This document shows positions 9,035 through 18,032 of a stretch of 64,000 nt of DNA, piece by piece. Position 1 is the stretch's first letter. Every line of letters begins with the position of its first letter. The position numbers and the translations under genes were made by a program. The DNA is from Candidatus Latescibacterota bacterium. GTDB lineage: Bacteria > Latescibacterota > UBA2968 > GCA-2709665. The DNA lies in assembly GCA_965116875.1 (NCBI GenBank), contig OZ220733.1, positions 3,424,001 to 3,488,000 on the forward strand, given 5' to 3'. The notes under the pieces are model-generated. The model was given only the letters and a program-made list of their open reading frames with translations. It had not been told where the DNA came from and did no database searches.

Positions 9035-10246
9035 TTGCGCAACATTGTCATTGCCCTGGTTGTCTTCTTCGCTTACGGAGTCGCTAGTGCAGTTCAGGAG
9101 CAATCTGTATTTCGTGATATGCGTCTCGTACTAAGCTTTTACGATGACGCTGATAATCCACTCTTGGAGATGAGCGCCCCGAACGTCGGGCAATCGTTCA
9201 CGATTTACATGTTTGTCCCTGAAGCCGCCGGGATGCGCTCGGTAGGGTTTCAGGTCAATTTCCAATTCCTAAACCTCCGGAACATGTATCGGTTTACGAC
9301 AATCCTTAACGGTAACGCTTACGATGGGTCGGCACTGTTTGTCAACGAAGAATATCCGCAGGTCTCCGCGCTCCTAGTGAGCAAGCCGACAATTCCGGCC
9401 TCCGGTTTCATCGGGTCGGTGACCTTCAAGGTGCTAGAAGCGCTCCCGGAGGGTAACCGCTGGATCTTTTCGGGTCACGCGTCGATGGGAGATCCAGACA
9501 CGAACCAAAACGACCGACTGAACACCGACGATGGCTTGTTGAAACTGATTGGCAAACCGCAATACGTCGTCGCGTCGATTCCTGGTGACCTGGACTTGGA
9601 CGGCGATGTTGATTTCAATGATTTCCTTATCTTCACCGGCAACTACGGACGGGTCGGAGATCCGCCACAGGTCCCGGAGCCCCAGACCGTTTATGTCACG
9701 GTTCGGGATACGGTCTATATCGACCGCCCTGGGGCGGACACGCCACAAATGGCCCGTGCCCACTTTATGCAAGGCTTTTGGCATTTCGGCACTGCTTTTT
9801 CAGCTGACCAACCGCATCTGATTGACACATTTGGGGGTTTTCTTTTGGGTGAAATCCTCCACCCTGATCCCGACGAATACCCGGAACTAAAGGGCGAAAA
9901 GGTCGTGATGGGCGCTGCCTTCGATGGTTCGTTGGCGGCAATGGGATATAATCCCGACAACGAAAACTACATTTTGAGTTACAAGTTTGTAGATGATGAC
10001 GACTTGGAAGATGAATCTCTAGAATTCAGAATGATACAGAATAGGCCGATAGGTTTTTGGGTCAGTCGAAACCCGCAGACAGGCCAGATTATCAGCAGTT
10101 CGCTCCATATCAGCAATGACAGCGGCAAGGGATACCATCCCAACTCCGGATTTGTGAATCGCATGGCATCTGCAAATAAGGTGGCCGAAAGCGTCCCGGG
10201 ACACATGAGGTTTGTCGAACGGCTTGCTCGAATTATCAACCAATGA
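9035..10246 (+). CDS. Secreted protein with a cohesin-like beta-sandwich and a dockerin/EF-hand-like motif
   Basis: Signal peptide LRNIVIALVVFFAYGVASA from TTG 9035 (ORF open from 8930); GDLDLDGDVDFNDFLIFTGNYG Ca-binding motif. Confidence 0.65.
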   Translation: MRNIVIALVVFFAYGVASAVQEQSVFRDMRLVLSFYDDADNPLLEMSAPNVGQSFTIYMFVPEAAGMRSVGFQVNFQFLNLRNMYRFTTILNGNAYDGSALFVNEEYPQVSALLVSKPTIPASGFIGSVTFKVLEALPEGNRWIFSGHASMGDPDTNQNDRLNTDDGLLKLIGKPQYVVASIPGDLDLDGDVDFNDFLIFTGNYGRVGDPPQVPEPQTVYVTVRDTVYIDRPGADTPQMARAHFMQGFWHFGTAFSADQPHLIDTFGGFLLGEILHPDPDEYPELKGEKVVMGAAFDGSLAAMGYNPDNENYILSYKFVDDDDLEDESLEFRMIQNRPIGFWVSRNPQTGQIISSSLHISNDSGKGYHPNSGFVNRMASANKVAESVPGHMRFVERLARIINQ

Positions 10247-10351
10247 TCCATAAAACACGGCAAGCGTGACAGATAGGCGAATTAACGATTGTTTTCTTTT
10301 GGCGAACTATAAATGAAAGTGTCGGGGTTTTAGAATATGTCGATAAAAGAG

Positions 10352-10382
10352 TTGACCTATCGAATAGGTCATTAGATATTAT
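10352..10382 (+). promoter_or_regulatory. sigma70-like promoter overlapped by a perfect palindrome (operator)
   Basis: TTGACC at 10352 and an AT-rich -10 region (GATATT/TATTAT at 10375-10382); TGACCTAT-cga-ATAGGTCA inverted repeat at 10353-10371. Confidence 0.55.
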
Positions 10383-10486
10383 GCTCTAAAGAGCAGCGGC
10401 TCGATACTCCTTTCGCCTTGTCCGGCGCTCAAAACCTGCCGTATATCGGCAAAAACGCCGGACAAATTTGAAAGGAGGTGGGGCAT

Positions 10487-10642
10487 ATGTCTCAGGCAAC
10501 CCACTATCGGCCTCGAAGATATGGGGGATATTTCACGATTTATCGCCCATACTTCACCTCGCCGAGGGGGCGTCGCATCTACGCTAGGGATTATGGGTAT
10601 AAAGCATGGCCTATTAAAATCCCGAATGACCGTCGTAGGTAG
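10487..10642 (+). CDS. 51-aa basic, Tyr/Arg-rich small protein (MSQATHYRPRRYGGYFTIYRPYFTSPRGRRIYARDYGYKAWPIKIPNDRRR)
   Basis: Strong SD GAAAGGAGGTG before the ATG, upstream promoter, downstream terminator; below the ORF-track cutoff. Confidence 0.7.
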   Translation: MSQATHYRPRRYGGYFTIYRPYFTSPRGRRIYARDYGYKAWPIKIPNDRRR

Positions 10643-10680
10643 AATTACCGCTCGCCGCGCCTGAAGTCGCCTGTTTCTTC

Positions 10681-10710
10681 AACCCCCGATCTTCCCGGAT
10701 CGGGGGTTTT
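10681..10710 (+). terminator. Rho-independent terminator
   Basis: AACCCCCGATC-ttcccg-GATCGGGGGTT followed by TT, between convergent ORFs. Confidence 0.75.
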
Positions 10711-10746
10711 CATCACCTTCAACCATTCACGCCAGGAAGTAGATGT

Positions 10747-11196
10747 CTAACAACCAAAGTCGCTTCGATTGTAATACAGGTAGATACCTCCGTTTAGCCA
10801 GGCTTCGGGTTTGGCGAATTGATATCGAATGAGAGTTTGTTTTGGATACATCCCGTTTTCAATAGCTTTTCCTATATACCAAATATGGGTGATATAACCG
10901 TGGCTCTCTCCTCTTTCTCCAGAACCATATGCCTGACGTAATTGCTCGAGAATAAACTTGAAAGTCTCACGAACTTTAGGGTCTGGCGATGGAAAAATGT
11001 ATTCCATTCCAACCAACATATCATTAAAAAACTGATATTTGATCGAATATGTCATCACAAGTGATTGTCCAGTGTATTTGTACCATTCATAGATATCTGG
11101 TCTGTTAATCAAAATTCTCCGATTGTTTATAATCAATGAGACGAATTTGAGAAGAGTGTTTTTAATGTTGTTAAAAAAGATCAGATGGTGTATCAT
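10747..11196 (-). CDS. AT-rich hypothetical protein, possibly 5'-truncated
   Basis: 149-aa ORF in an AT-rich segment, ends at the terminator; start uncertain. Confidence 0.4.
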   Translation of the reverse strand: MIHHLIFFNNIKNTLLKFVSLIINNRRILINRPDIYEWYKYTGQSLVMTYSIKYQFFNDMLVGMEYIFPSPDPKVRETFKFILEQLRQAYGSGERGESHGYITHIWYIGKAIENGMYPKQTLIRYQFAKPEAWLNGGIYLYYNRSDFGC

Positions 11197-11203
11197 ATGG
11201 GTA

Positions 11204-11566
11204 ATGGATTATTTAATGAGTGTATTTCAAAAGCAGATGGCTCATGGATCACGAAGTACTTCCTTAAACCCCTTATTATGGATATTTGGGGTGTTGCTTT
11301 TTTCCTTATTCGTCATTAATTGTAAAACAGAGTTCAGCGGCATATGCTATTTGATAAGTGGTTTTCTTGTACTGAACATCCTTGCCATTTTTGCCGCTTA
11401 TGCGTATTTCGCGCATAAAGATCCAGATGCATTAAGATCGGAGCGTTTCTCCATTCAGAAATTGGCCATTGAAAAAGGATACTATGGTGATACTCTCACC
11501 GGCCCTATTGAAAAGGAAGAGGTTTCGCAGTCAAGTAGTAAGGGTCAGGGGGTTATAGGTGAGTAA
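11204..11566 (+). CDS. Small two-TM membrane protein, hypothetical
   Basis: Two hydrophobic helices followed by KDPDALRSERF; AT-rich; overlaps the next gene. Confidence 0.65.
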   Translation: MDYLMSVFQKQMAHGSRSTSLNPLLWIFGVLLFSLFVINCKTEFSGICYLISGFLVLNILAIFAAYAYFAHKDPDALRSERFSIQKLAIEKGYYGDTLTGPIEKEEVSQSSSKGQGVIGE

Positions 11567-11870
11567 TCATTTTATGATTGCAGTTGAAAACCTTGATCAA
11601 GATGAACAGAAAAAACTTGCAGATTACTTATCTTCCAGAAATTGTGGCTGGTGGCATTGGATTAACGGCATGTGGCTAGTGGTCGATGGCGATGAGTCCT
11701 TGTCTGCTGAACAAATACTCGAAAACGTTAGAGAAATTGACACAGCCGACAACATTGCTTTGGTTATTTGTGTGCGGGTTCAGGATTGGGCAGGATACGG
11801 ACCAATGTCTAAAGAAAATGAAGGAAAAAATATGTTTCATTGGTTACAGAAATTATGGACGCCAGGATAA
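11559..11870 (+). CDS. Small hypothetical protein with a WWHW motif (possibly ferredoxin-like fold)
   Basis: 103 aa, GTG start overlapping the upstream stop, GWWHWINGMWLVVD motif. Confidence 0.65.
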   Translation: MSNHFMIAVENLDQDEQKKLADYLSSRNCGWWHWINGMWLVVDGDESLSAEQILENVREIDTADNIALVICVRVQDWAGYGPMSKENEGKNMFHWLQKLWTPG

Positions 11871-11990
11871 AATGGTCGGGGGTTTCACTCTACCAACTTT
11901 GGACGTCCATTGTTGAATAATAGAGAAATCCAGGGGGTTGATTGCGGCTGATTTGCTCTTTCTTTGACAAGTCAAATGAAGCTATATTTG

Positions 11991-12023
11991 AAACGGCCCA
12001 AGGGAACGCCCTTGGGCCGTTTT
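11991..12023. terminator. Bidirectional intrinsic terminator
   Basis: AAACGGCCCAAGGG-aacg-CCCTTGGGCCGTTT with A/T flanks. Confidence 0.75.
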
Positions 12024-12138
12024 GTTAATTGTTGTGAAGGGTGTAAATTACGCTTTATCTTATCGGCAGTCACCTGAAAGAATTTTAAGGATTTCAAGAA
12101 CAGCTTTGGGATCTACGTCGCCAACAGGAATCCCTACC

Positions 12139-12763
12139 TGCCAATATAGAGTGAGACAACTCCCCCTTTGAGATTAATGTCGTAAAATGGGCGGAGAGGC
12201 GAACACGACATGACGTCAAGAATCGATGTTGGAGACAACGGCAGCACGAGGCCGGATCCGGAGGCGCCGACGCGTGCGAAGCGTCGCCGGTTCACCGCAC
12301 GGTACAAGCTTCGCATTCTGGAAGAGGCGGATGCTTTCCGGGTTCCTGGCGAAGTTGGCGCGCTGCTGCGTCGCGAAGGGTTGTATTCCTCGCAGTAGAC
12401 CCAGTGGCGTCGCGCGCGTCGTGAGGGTACGCTTAAGGCGCTATCCAGGCCGCGGGGACCCAAGGGGCGTCGTCGCGACGAGGTCGCCGTCGAGAACGAG
12501 CAGTTGCGCAAGGAAAACGCGCGGCTGCGGCGACGGCTGGAACAGGCGCAGACCATCCTCGAGATCCAAAAAAAAGCCTCCGAGATCCTGGGCATCCCCC
12601 TGAACCCTCCGTCGACCGACGACGACGTTTGATACGTGCGGCCGAACATCTCGCCCCGAGTGTGGGGTTGGCTTCAGCCTGCCGGGCATTGGGTGTGGCG
12701 CGGGCGTCCGTATACCGTCATCGCAAGCCACATCCAACTCTCCGGGTCGGTCGCTCCGTTTTC
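12139..12763 (+). mobile_element. Truncated IS3-family element (orfA with nonsense codon, start of orfB)
   Basis: TG-start end at 12139; orfA 12210-12632 RRRFTARYKLRILEEAD...LLRREGLYSSQ*...LEIQKKASEILG with TAG at 12396; A8G slippery run near 12568; orfB ACRALGVARASVYR breaks off at ~12760. Confidence 0.85.
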
Positions 12764-12841
12764 TGTCAATGATCGCCCAAATGCGGCCACTGCAAGATCG
12801 GCCTAATCAGGCCATTGCAGGATCGCCTTAATCAGGCCACC
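12764..12841 (+). mobile_element. IS21-family-like terminal sequence
   Basis: TGTCAA start followed by three imperfect repeats with 25-bp period (12771, 12796, 12821; GATCGnCnnAATnnGGCCA), like multi-repeat IS21 ends; no istA/istB. Confidence 0.55.
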
Positions 12842-12960
12842 GGGCCTTATTGGCAAAACTCCAAGCCCACGGCTCTAAAAAATCACCTGAATAACCGGTC
12901 TGAAGACCTGATGTTGTAAAAGCCCAGGGGGGCGAAATCCTCCTGGGCGTTTACACATAA

Positions 12961-13038
12961 GGCTTGTCGGAACAGACGAAGCCGTTTACCTTTGAAGACA
13001 TTGATGAAGGGCGAAGCGAAAGGCGGCGAGGGTTTGAT
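12961..13038 (+). pseudogene. Diverged copy of the 3' part of the Phd antitoxin gene
   Basis: GLSEQTKPFTFEDIDEGRSERRRGFD aligns without gaps to GLWEHGKPITSEDIAEVRSEMWRKFD (13570-13647). Confidence 0.7.
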
Positions 13039-13129
13039 GCGGCAAAATCCAGGGAAGCAACACATATTCCGGCACTGCTGTCCAGAAACCGAGGGATTCT
13101 CAGAGATGAGGTTGTGAAAGTGGCTTCAA

Positions 13130-13318
13130 CTGGCGATTACGACGGTGGCTCCTCCCCCGACGCATCCGAGAGTTCTGCTGGGCGCCGAGGGAGTGGACGG
13201 GTTCAGCGAGAGGGCGAATGCGACAGCGGGATTTGTCGATAGGCTCGCGAGGGTGGCGTGACGAGCGTCCGCCAGCGAAGACCGTTTTGGCGCCGAGCAG
13301 GAACTCCTGTATTTCTGC
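13130..13318 (+). pseudogene. Diverged copy of the 5' part of the heparinase-like gene
   Basis: 189 bp colinear with 13955-14143 (LAITTVAPPPTHPRVLLGAEGVDG vs LANTTVAPPETRPRVLLGAEEVDG); internal TGA. Confidence 0.85.
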
Positions 13319-13392
13319 AAGAAGACGATTTTGACGTGAACGAAACGATCGAACGGAACCGCTCGCCGTGTTCCTTATCGAAGGGGTAAAAC

Positions 13393-13665
13393 ATGCGCAA
13401 GATTAATCTCAACGAAGCGAAGACCTGTCTTGCGTCACTGGTAAAAGAGGTTGCCAAAGGCGAGGAAGTAATAATCACCGAGGAAAGCGGTCTGGCATTC
13501 AGACTCGTTCCATTGGAAAAGGTAACAGGTTCGTCTGGCTTGGATCAAGGCAGGCTTTTCAATCCCGAAGGCTTGTGGGAACACGGGAAGCCGATTACCT
13601 CTGAAGACATTGCTGAAGTGCGAAGCGAAATGTGGCGAAAGTTCGATCAGAAGGATGAAACATAA
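13393..13665 (+). CDS. Phd/YefM family antitoxin (no adjacent toxin)
   Basis: MRKINLNEAKTCLASLVKEVAKGEEVIIT is the Phd signature; GAAGGGG SD. Confidence 0.8.
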   Translation: MRKINLNEAKTCLASLVKEVAKGEEVIITEESGLAFRLVPLEKVTGSSGLDQGRLFNPEGLWEHGKPITSEDIAEVRSEMWRKFDQKDET

Positions 13666-13921
13666 GGTATCTGGTCGCTGGCACGGATACGGTATCCCCG
13701 CGGCGTCAGCTCCACCTTACAGATAATGCGTTGCTGAAAGGACCAGGTGCCGGACAGGTGGTCCCACGAACCATAAAAGCGCGCGGCTTTACCCGGAAAG
13801 CTATCGTTGTTAGGCGCATAACCGGTTTAGATCCGGGTGAATTTCCCATCAATACGTACGACGTTACGAAAGCCAACCTACCTGTAAACGTATATTGACA
13901 GACCCGAAAGGGAGTCCACAA

Positions 13922-15790
13922 ATGAAACCCTTCTCTGAAGATCTGCTCGCGAAGCTGGCCAATACGACGGTGGCCCCTCCGGAGACGCGTCCGAGGGTGC
14001 TGCTGGGTGCCGAGGAAGTGGACGGAGTCCGGGAGCGGGCGAGGGCGACGCCGGGGTTTGTCGACAGCCTTGCGGAGGCGGCGCAAGAGGCGTCCGCGAA
14101 CGAGGATCTATTCGGCTCCGAGCCGGAACTTCCCTATTTCTGCCAGACGCCGCTCCGATCCCTGGCGAACGCCGCCTTCATCCTGGAGGACGAGGCATTC
14201 GCGGCCAGGGCGCTGGAGGGCGTGGAGGTGATGTTCTCGTTTCCGCCGGAGGAGTGGGTGGCGCGCCCGCACCGTCCCATGCGATGCGACCACGCCATGC
14301 TGAACGTGGCGTCCGCGATCGGTGTTTCAATGGATCTCTGCTCGCCGCTCTGGACGGCCGATGCGGTGGTGTCGATTTCAGAACGGATCAACACGTACAC
14401 GGTCGCGCGATTTCTCGAGACCTGGGAAAAGCAGGATGCGCACTGGTCCAGTCCCAACTACCACTGGAACTGGAAGATCATGTGCTGCGGCGAGATGGGG
14501 ACGGCGGCGATCGCGTGCGCGGAGGCCATTTCTGATTTTGACGCGGTCATGCAGGCGGCGCTTGCGGGGTGTCTGGATATTCTGGATTTCGTGCCGCCGG
14601 AAGGAGACTGGGCGGAGGGCCCCGGGTATTGGCTTGGCACCCTGGGGCACGGTGTGAGATTCGGCGTTGGGCTGCGGCGGGCAACGGGCGGAACGGTGGA
14701 TCTGTTCGAACATCCCGCGTTAAGGGAAACCGGGGACTACATCGTTCACGTGACCGAACCCGACGGGCAGGTCTACAATTTCAATGACAACGGCATTTCC
14801 CTCGGTTCCAGTCTCGACTATCTGCTGCTGCTGGCAAAGCTGAACAGACGGGGAGACTGGGCCCGGACCGCACGGGCAAGCGACCACGCAACCGTGGAGC
14901 GGCTGATTTGGGACGATCCCTCGGTGCCCGACGCCATTCCCGACGAGACGTCTCGAAGTTATCCGACAACGGGCGTTGTAACGATGCGCAGCGGGTGGGA
15001 GAACCAGGCCACGTTCGTCGGATTGAAGTCCGGTTCGAGCGCCGTCGGCCATTCGCAGCTGGACGCGAACTCATTCGTCGTCTCCTCGCGCGGAGAACGG
15101 CTGTTGATCGACGAGGGGATCTGGCCCTACGGCCACGACCTGGGATTCTTCGACAGCGACGGTGGAATGCGGTGGAATTTCGACGGCAACGGCACGATCG
15201 GCCACAACACGCTGATGGTGGACGGCGAGGGACAGCGATACGGGGCCGACTATCCTGGCAGAATCGTCTCTTTCGACGCCGGCCGGGAGATGGACGTGGC
15301 GGTTGCCGACGGCACGGCGGCATACGGAGGCAGGCTGAAACGATATCTGCGGACGCTGGTCTTTGTGAAACCCGACGTGGTCCTGGTCTGGGACCGGGTT
15401 TCGTCGGAGGAGCCCCGGGTGTTGGAATGGCTGTTTCACCACCGGGCGGATGTGTCCGGCGACGAGCGGCTGACCCGGTTCACGCGGAACGGCGTGACGC
15501 TGTCTCTGTCCAGGGTGATTCCGGAGCAAATGGAATGCTGGCGGCTGAGCGACGTGAAACGCACCAGTACGTATACCGAATCAAACCAGTTTCATCCGAA
15601 GCGAGTCAGCATTGAATACCGGGGTTTCGGGCCGTTTCATCCCTGCCGGGAAATCCAGGTATTATGGGGTATTCACGTGGGAGACGCTTCCGAACTACCG
15701 GAGTTCGACGCATGGGTCGAGGAGGGGGCAGCCACGGTCAGCGTGCAGTTCCGCGACGGCGATGAGCGAGTCGTGAGTTTACCGGAATAA
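13922..15790 (+). CDS. Heparinase II/III-like polysaccharide lyase family protein
   Basis: NW..., EGPGYW, MRSGW, GHSQLDANSF and HNTLMVDG motifs; GGAG SD; no signal peptide. Confidence 0.8.
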   Translation: MKPFSEDLLAKLANTTVAPPETRPRVLLGAEEVDGVRERARATPGFVDSLAEAAQEASANEDLFGSEPELPYFCQTPLRSLANAAFILEDEAFAARALEGVEVMFSFPPEEWVARPHRPMRCDHAMLNVASAIGVSMDLCSPLWTADAVVSISERINTYTVARFLETWEKQDAHWSSPNYHWNWKIMCCGEMGTAAIACAEAISDFDAVMQAALAGCLDILDFVPPEGDWAEGPGYWLGTLGHGVRFGVGLRRATGGTVDLFEHPALRETGDYIVHVTEPDGQVYNFNDNGISLGSSLDYLLLLAKLNRRGDWARTARASDHATVERLIWDDPSVPDAIPDETSRSYPTTGVVTMRSGWENQATFVGLKSGSSAVGHSQLDANSFVVSSRGERLLIDEGIWPYGHDLGFFDSDGGMRWNFDGNGTIGHNTLMVDGEGQRYGADYPGRIVSFDAGREMDVAVADGTAAYGGRLKRYLRTLVFVKPDVVLVWDRVSSEEPRVLEWLFHHRADVSGDERLTRFTRNGVTLSLSRVIPEQMECWRLSDVKRTSTYTESNQFHPKRVSIEYRGFGPFHPCREIQVLWGIHVGDASELPEFDAWVEEGAATVSVQFRDGDERVVSLPE

Positions 15791-15805
15791 TCCGCGCCGC
15801 CGCGT

Positions 15806-18010
15806 TCAGTCCGATGGCTGCTTCGAGCCCTGTTCGTGTTCTTCTGTTTTGTCGCGTCCGGCCCTCTGTTCCACGTTGATCTTGTGGATCAGCCAACCGT
15901 ATTGCTGCAGGAAGGGATCGTTCACTTTGTTGGCTTTGGCAAGTTCGATATATTTGTTCAGATACCTCGCGCCTCTTGCCACAAATCCAACCCGGATCAT
16001 GCCCACGTACGCGCCGGCGGTCAGCCCGGAATCTGCGATCCTGCGAAGTTCCCGCTTCGCGTCCGTGTGCCTGCCCTCTGCAAGATAGACCTCACGCAGC
16101 AGAAGCCGTCCCAAAGCGAAATCCGGCTTGACCTCCAGGCTGCGCTTGAACGCATTCTCGGCCTGCCTCCAGGCCTTGCGACGGTAGGCCTGCACGCCCT
16201 CAATGGCGTATCTGTCCGGGAGCGCGGGATCTGCCCGGATTTCCGCCTTCCACCGCACCAGCAGGTCCTCCACGTTCGCGCCGGACCGCCGGTACACCGC
16301 AACGAGTGGATGATCGAAACCCGTGATCGTGGGTTCGGCGTCGGCTTCCGAATACGTCAGTCCCAGGATTTCCGGGGGCACTTTGAACTCCGCGACCCGC
16401 TCGTAGCCCAGGCTCTCCTCGGCCAGGCGGCGGTAGTAGGTGTGAGCAATCGGGAACCGCTGCCGAACGTTCAGGAACGGCAGCATGCGATTCTCCTCGA
16501 TAATGACGATCCAGTCCACGCCTGCCAGACGGTTCTGTATGAATTCGACATGCGCTTCGTAGGGCAGGTTGCCGTCGGCTGAAAGAAACCAGGCCGCCTC
16601 GTCCAGCTTTCGCTTGTACCGGTCGGCCGGCGCCATCCACGACGTCGGATATCCGCCCCGCTCCGTCAACACGCCGGCCCCTTCGGGGATATTTCGCACA
16701 ATCCATTCCGCGGCCTCGAAGCGGCTGCTGGACCGGTAGACCCGGGACGTGGCGATGCCGTAGGCTGCCGTCGGAACCACCACAAGCGCCACGGGCAGCG
16801 CGTAGACCCAGGCCCTGTTCAGGCGCGCGCGGATCCAGCCCGCGGCTTCCATGCAGGCCCACGCGCCCATCACCGCCATCAGGGGTTGCATGGGCGTGGT
16901 GTACCTCAGGGGCTTGGTGTGAAGCCCGCCGACCATAAAGAAGTACGGGACCATCCATGCCAGCAGGACCCACCATCCTCTTTCACGCCTCCAAACGGCA
17001 AGCGCGACGCCGCACAGGGCCGCGATCTCCAGGGGCGTTCCCAGCGCGTAGCGGAAGAGGTGCGTGACGAAAAACAGGTAGGGTGTGGTGGAGAAGTCGT
17101 AAAGCCCCCAGATGCGGATCGTCTCCCCTTGTGCAACCTTCATGCTGGGCAGGAAATTCCGCATGTCTTTCGAACTCAGGAACTCGCCGGGCTTGAGGAG
17201 CAGGGGTTCGCAGATGACCGCAACCACGACCACGACCGCCGCGCAAAGCAGCGCTCTCGGCGTAAACGCCCGTTTCAGATGCGTCCATACCGATAGGGCC
17301 CCGGCCGCGATCCGGTTGAAACCGCTCTTCCGCTTCTCGTGAAGGTTTTCGCCGGTCCGCTCCCGCGCCTGCCACACGTGCGCCAGAAGGAAAGGCAGAC
17401 ACAGCATTCCGGCCATCAGCCGTGTGCCCGCCGCCATACCGCAGACCAGCCCGCAAACCAGGTAGGGCGCGGTGCGATCGGAGGGCAATTTCAGGATGAG
17501 GTAGATGCCCAGCGTCGTCCAGAATGCCAGGGTGATATCCACGGTATAGAAGTGGCACTGCTGGATGTGCCCGGCGCAAAAGGCCAGAAAGCCCGCGCTC
17601 AGGACCCCTGTCCAGAGTCCGGCAAGATGCCTGCCGATGGCAAAGACGACCCATACGGTAAGAATGCCCAGCGTCGCAGAGATCCCGCGTCCCATGAGAT
17701 GGGTGAATCTCACCGATCGATTGTCTTCTTTGTCGAACGGCTCGATGCCCGCGACGAAACCGGCGCCTTCGGAAAGTGCCCAAAGTACGTACGCCGGGCC
17801 CTTGGCGTAGGCCGTGACCGCCCGTGTCACCTCCACACCCACCAGGCCGGCGCTCTCGACAACCGTGCGTTCGTCCGGATGGAAGGTGTGAAATCTGCCG
17901 GTTTCGGGGTCGGTTCCCCATCCGATCCCGTAGAACCTCAGAGCCGCCGATGCCGCCAGGATCAATATGAGAAGCGCATATGCGCCTCGGTTTTTGTCGA
18001 TAGTGGCCAT
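15806..18010 (-). CDS. GT39/ArnT-PMT_2-like membrane glycosyltransferase with C-terminal TPR
   Basis: HPDE motif after the first TM helix, many TM helices, TPR-like tail (AENAFKRSLEVKPDF). Confidence 0.8.
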   Translation of the reverse strand: MATIDKNRGAYALLILILAASAALRFYGIGWGTDPETGRFHTFHPDERTVVESAGLVGVEVTRAVTAYAKGPAYVLWALSEGAGFVAGIEPFDKEDNRSVRFTHLMGRGISATLGILTVWVVFAIGRHLAGLWTGVLSAGFLAFCAGHIQQCHFYTVDITLAFWTTLGIYLILKLPSDRTAPYLVCGLVCGMAAGTRLMAGMLCLPFLLAHVWQARERTGENLHEKRKSGFNRIAAGALSVWTHLKRAFTPRALLCAAVVVVVAVICEPLLLKPGEFLSSKDMRNFLPSMKVAQGETIRIWGLYDFSTTPYLFFVTHLFRYALGTPLEIAALCGVALAVWRRERGWWVLLAWMVPYFFMVGGLHTKPLRYTTPMQPLMAVMGAWACMEAAGWIRARLNRAWVYALPVALVVVPTAAYGIATSRVYRSSSRFEAAEWIVRNIPEGAGVLTERGGYPTSWMAPADRYKRKLDEAAWFLSADGNLPYEAHVEFIQNRLAGVDWIVIIEENRMLPFLNVRQRFPIAHTYYRRLAEESLGYERVAEFKVPPEILGLTYSEADAEPTITGFDHPLVAVYRRSGANVEDLLVRWKAEIRADPALPDRYAIEGVQAYRRKAWRQAENAFKRSLEVKPDFALGRLLLREVYLAEGRHTDAKRELRRIADSGLTAGAYVGMIRVGFVARGARYLNKYIELAKANKVNDPFLQQYGWLIHKINVEQRAGRDKTEEHEQGSKQPSD

Positions 18011-18032
18011 GATTCCAGTATAAATTTATGAT

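Noticed and set aside
12771-12841. Mini CRISPR array
   Set aside because: Repeats are contiguous with a 25-bp period, have no spacers and no cas genes; they fit an IS21-like end better
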